A stretch of 34,375 nucleotides of DNA from Nemertoderma westbladi (taxonomy: Eukaryota > Animalia > Xenacoelomorpha), in NCBI GenBank assembly GCA_032718475.1, contig JAUCBJ010004311.1:1-34375 (forward strand). The letters run 5' to 3'. The position numbers and the translations under genes are program-made. The notes beneath the pieces were generated by a model, which was not told the DNA's origin, did no database searches, and worked only from the letters and a program-made list of their open reading frames with translations. Positions 33,881 through 34,375 of this stretch are shown piece by piece (the first letter of the stretch is position 1; each line of letters starts with the position of its first letter).

Positions 33881-34375
33881 CTATACTTTCCATATTTTGC
33901 TGCATACGCTAACTGCATAGCAAAATCTTATATTTTTATCAGAAAATCATTCAATTTCCGTGCGTATTATATTTATGCCTAACTCATGTTGTATACCACG
34001 GTGAACCTTGTTTATATGTTGCCTAGCAGCAGTTATGGTAGTGCTGGGCTCCCATTGGTAACTACCGGTAAAGGTATGCCCTATTGGCTGTTCTATTTTG
34101 CATTGTTGCTTGTTTATATGGTCGATATTCATCCCATTACTCTCAGGCGTAACCTAACAACATATTAGCCTGTTGCGAGTCATGTAACTTGCAGTACTCG
34201 TAGTATTCCACCTTGCTGTGTGCATAGTAACTTGCTGCATGCATTTTAACATCTTGCTTGCTTGCATTATTATTATTTACTATTATTGCTCTACTATTGT
34301 TGATAAATATACAAGACCAGAGATCAAACCAACTCGATTTCCACACGGTTAGTGCTGACTGCGCCCTGTCTGTAA

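Noticed and set aside
33947-34375. Short ORFs or a further exon at the right edge
   Set aside because: There is no EGF cysteine pattern or other recognisable domain, and no convincing splice-site pair.

Overview
This is AT-rich eukaryotic DNA, probably from a marine invertebrate (inferred from the transposon families and the EGF exons; the species cannot be determined). The only host gene sequence I can support is three short phase-1 exons on the minus strand (26120-25998, 24080-23958, 19850-19725). Each encodes one calcium-binding EGF-like module and has canonical AG/GT splice sites. Most of the rest is nested mobile DNA. An old decayed Gypsy LTR retrotransposon (PBS at 2038; gag-PR-RT-RH-IN to ~17306) is split by a 5'-truncated RTE LINE with a perfect 10-bp TSD and by a rearranged ~9.8-kb CR1-group LINE. 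That LINE carries an internal 1.2-kb duplication and two foreign inserts, one containing a HINE/Helentron-like element. Further right are an RTE fragment interrupted by a piggyBac, hAT-, MULE- and piggyBac-like MITEs, palindromes, three tRNA-derived SINEs from two families, a near full-length minus-strand LINE with an unusual His/Cys C-terminus, a third RTE copy and two old CR1/L2 relics. I cannot establish a new biological system from the sequence alone. The best leads are a foldable ~90-nt module in a 288-bp tandem repeat at the window start, a conserved intronic block after two EGF exons, SINE domain swapping, and the complex junctions in the CR1-group LINE.
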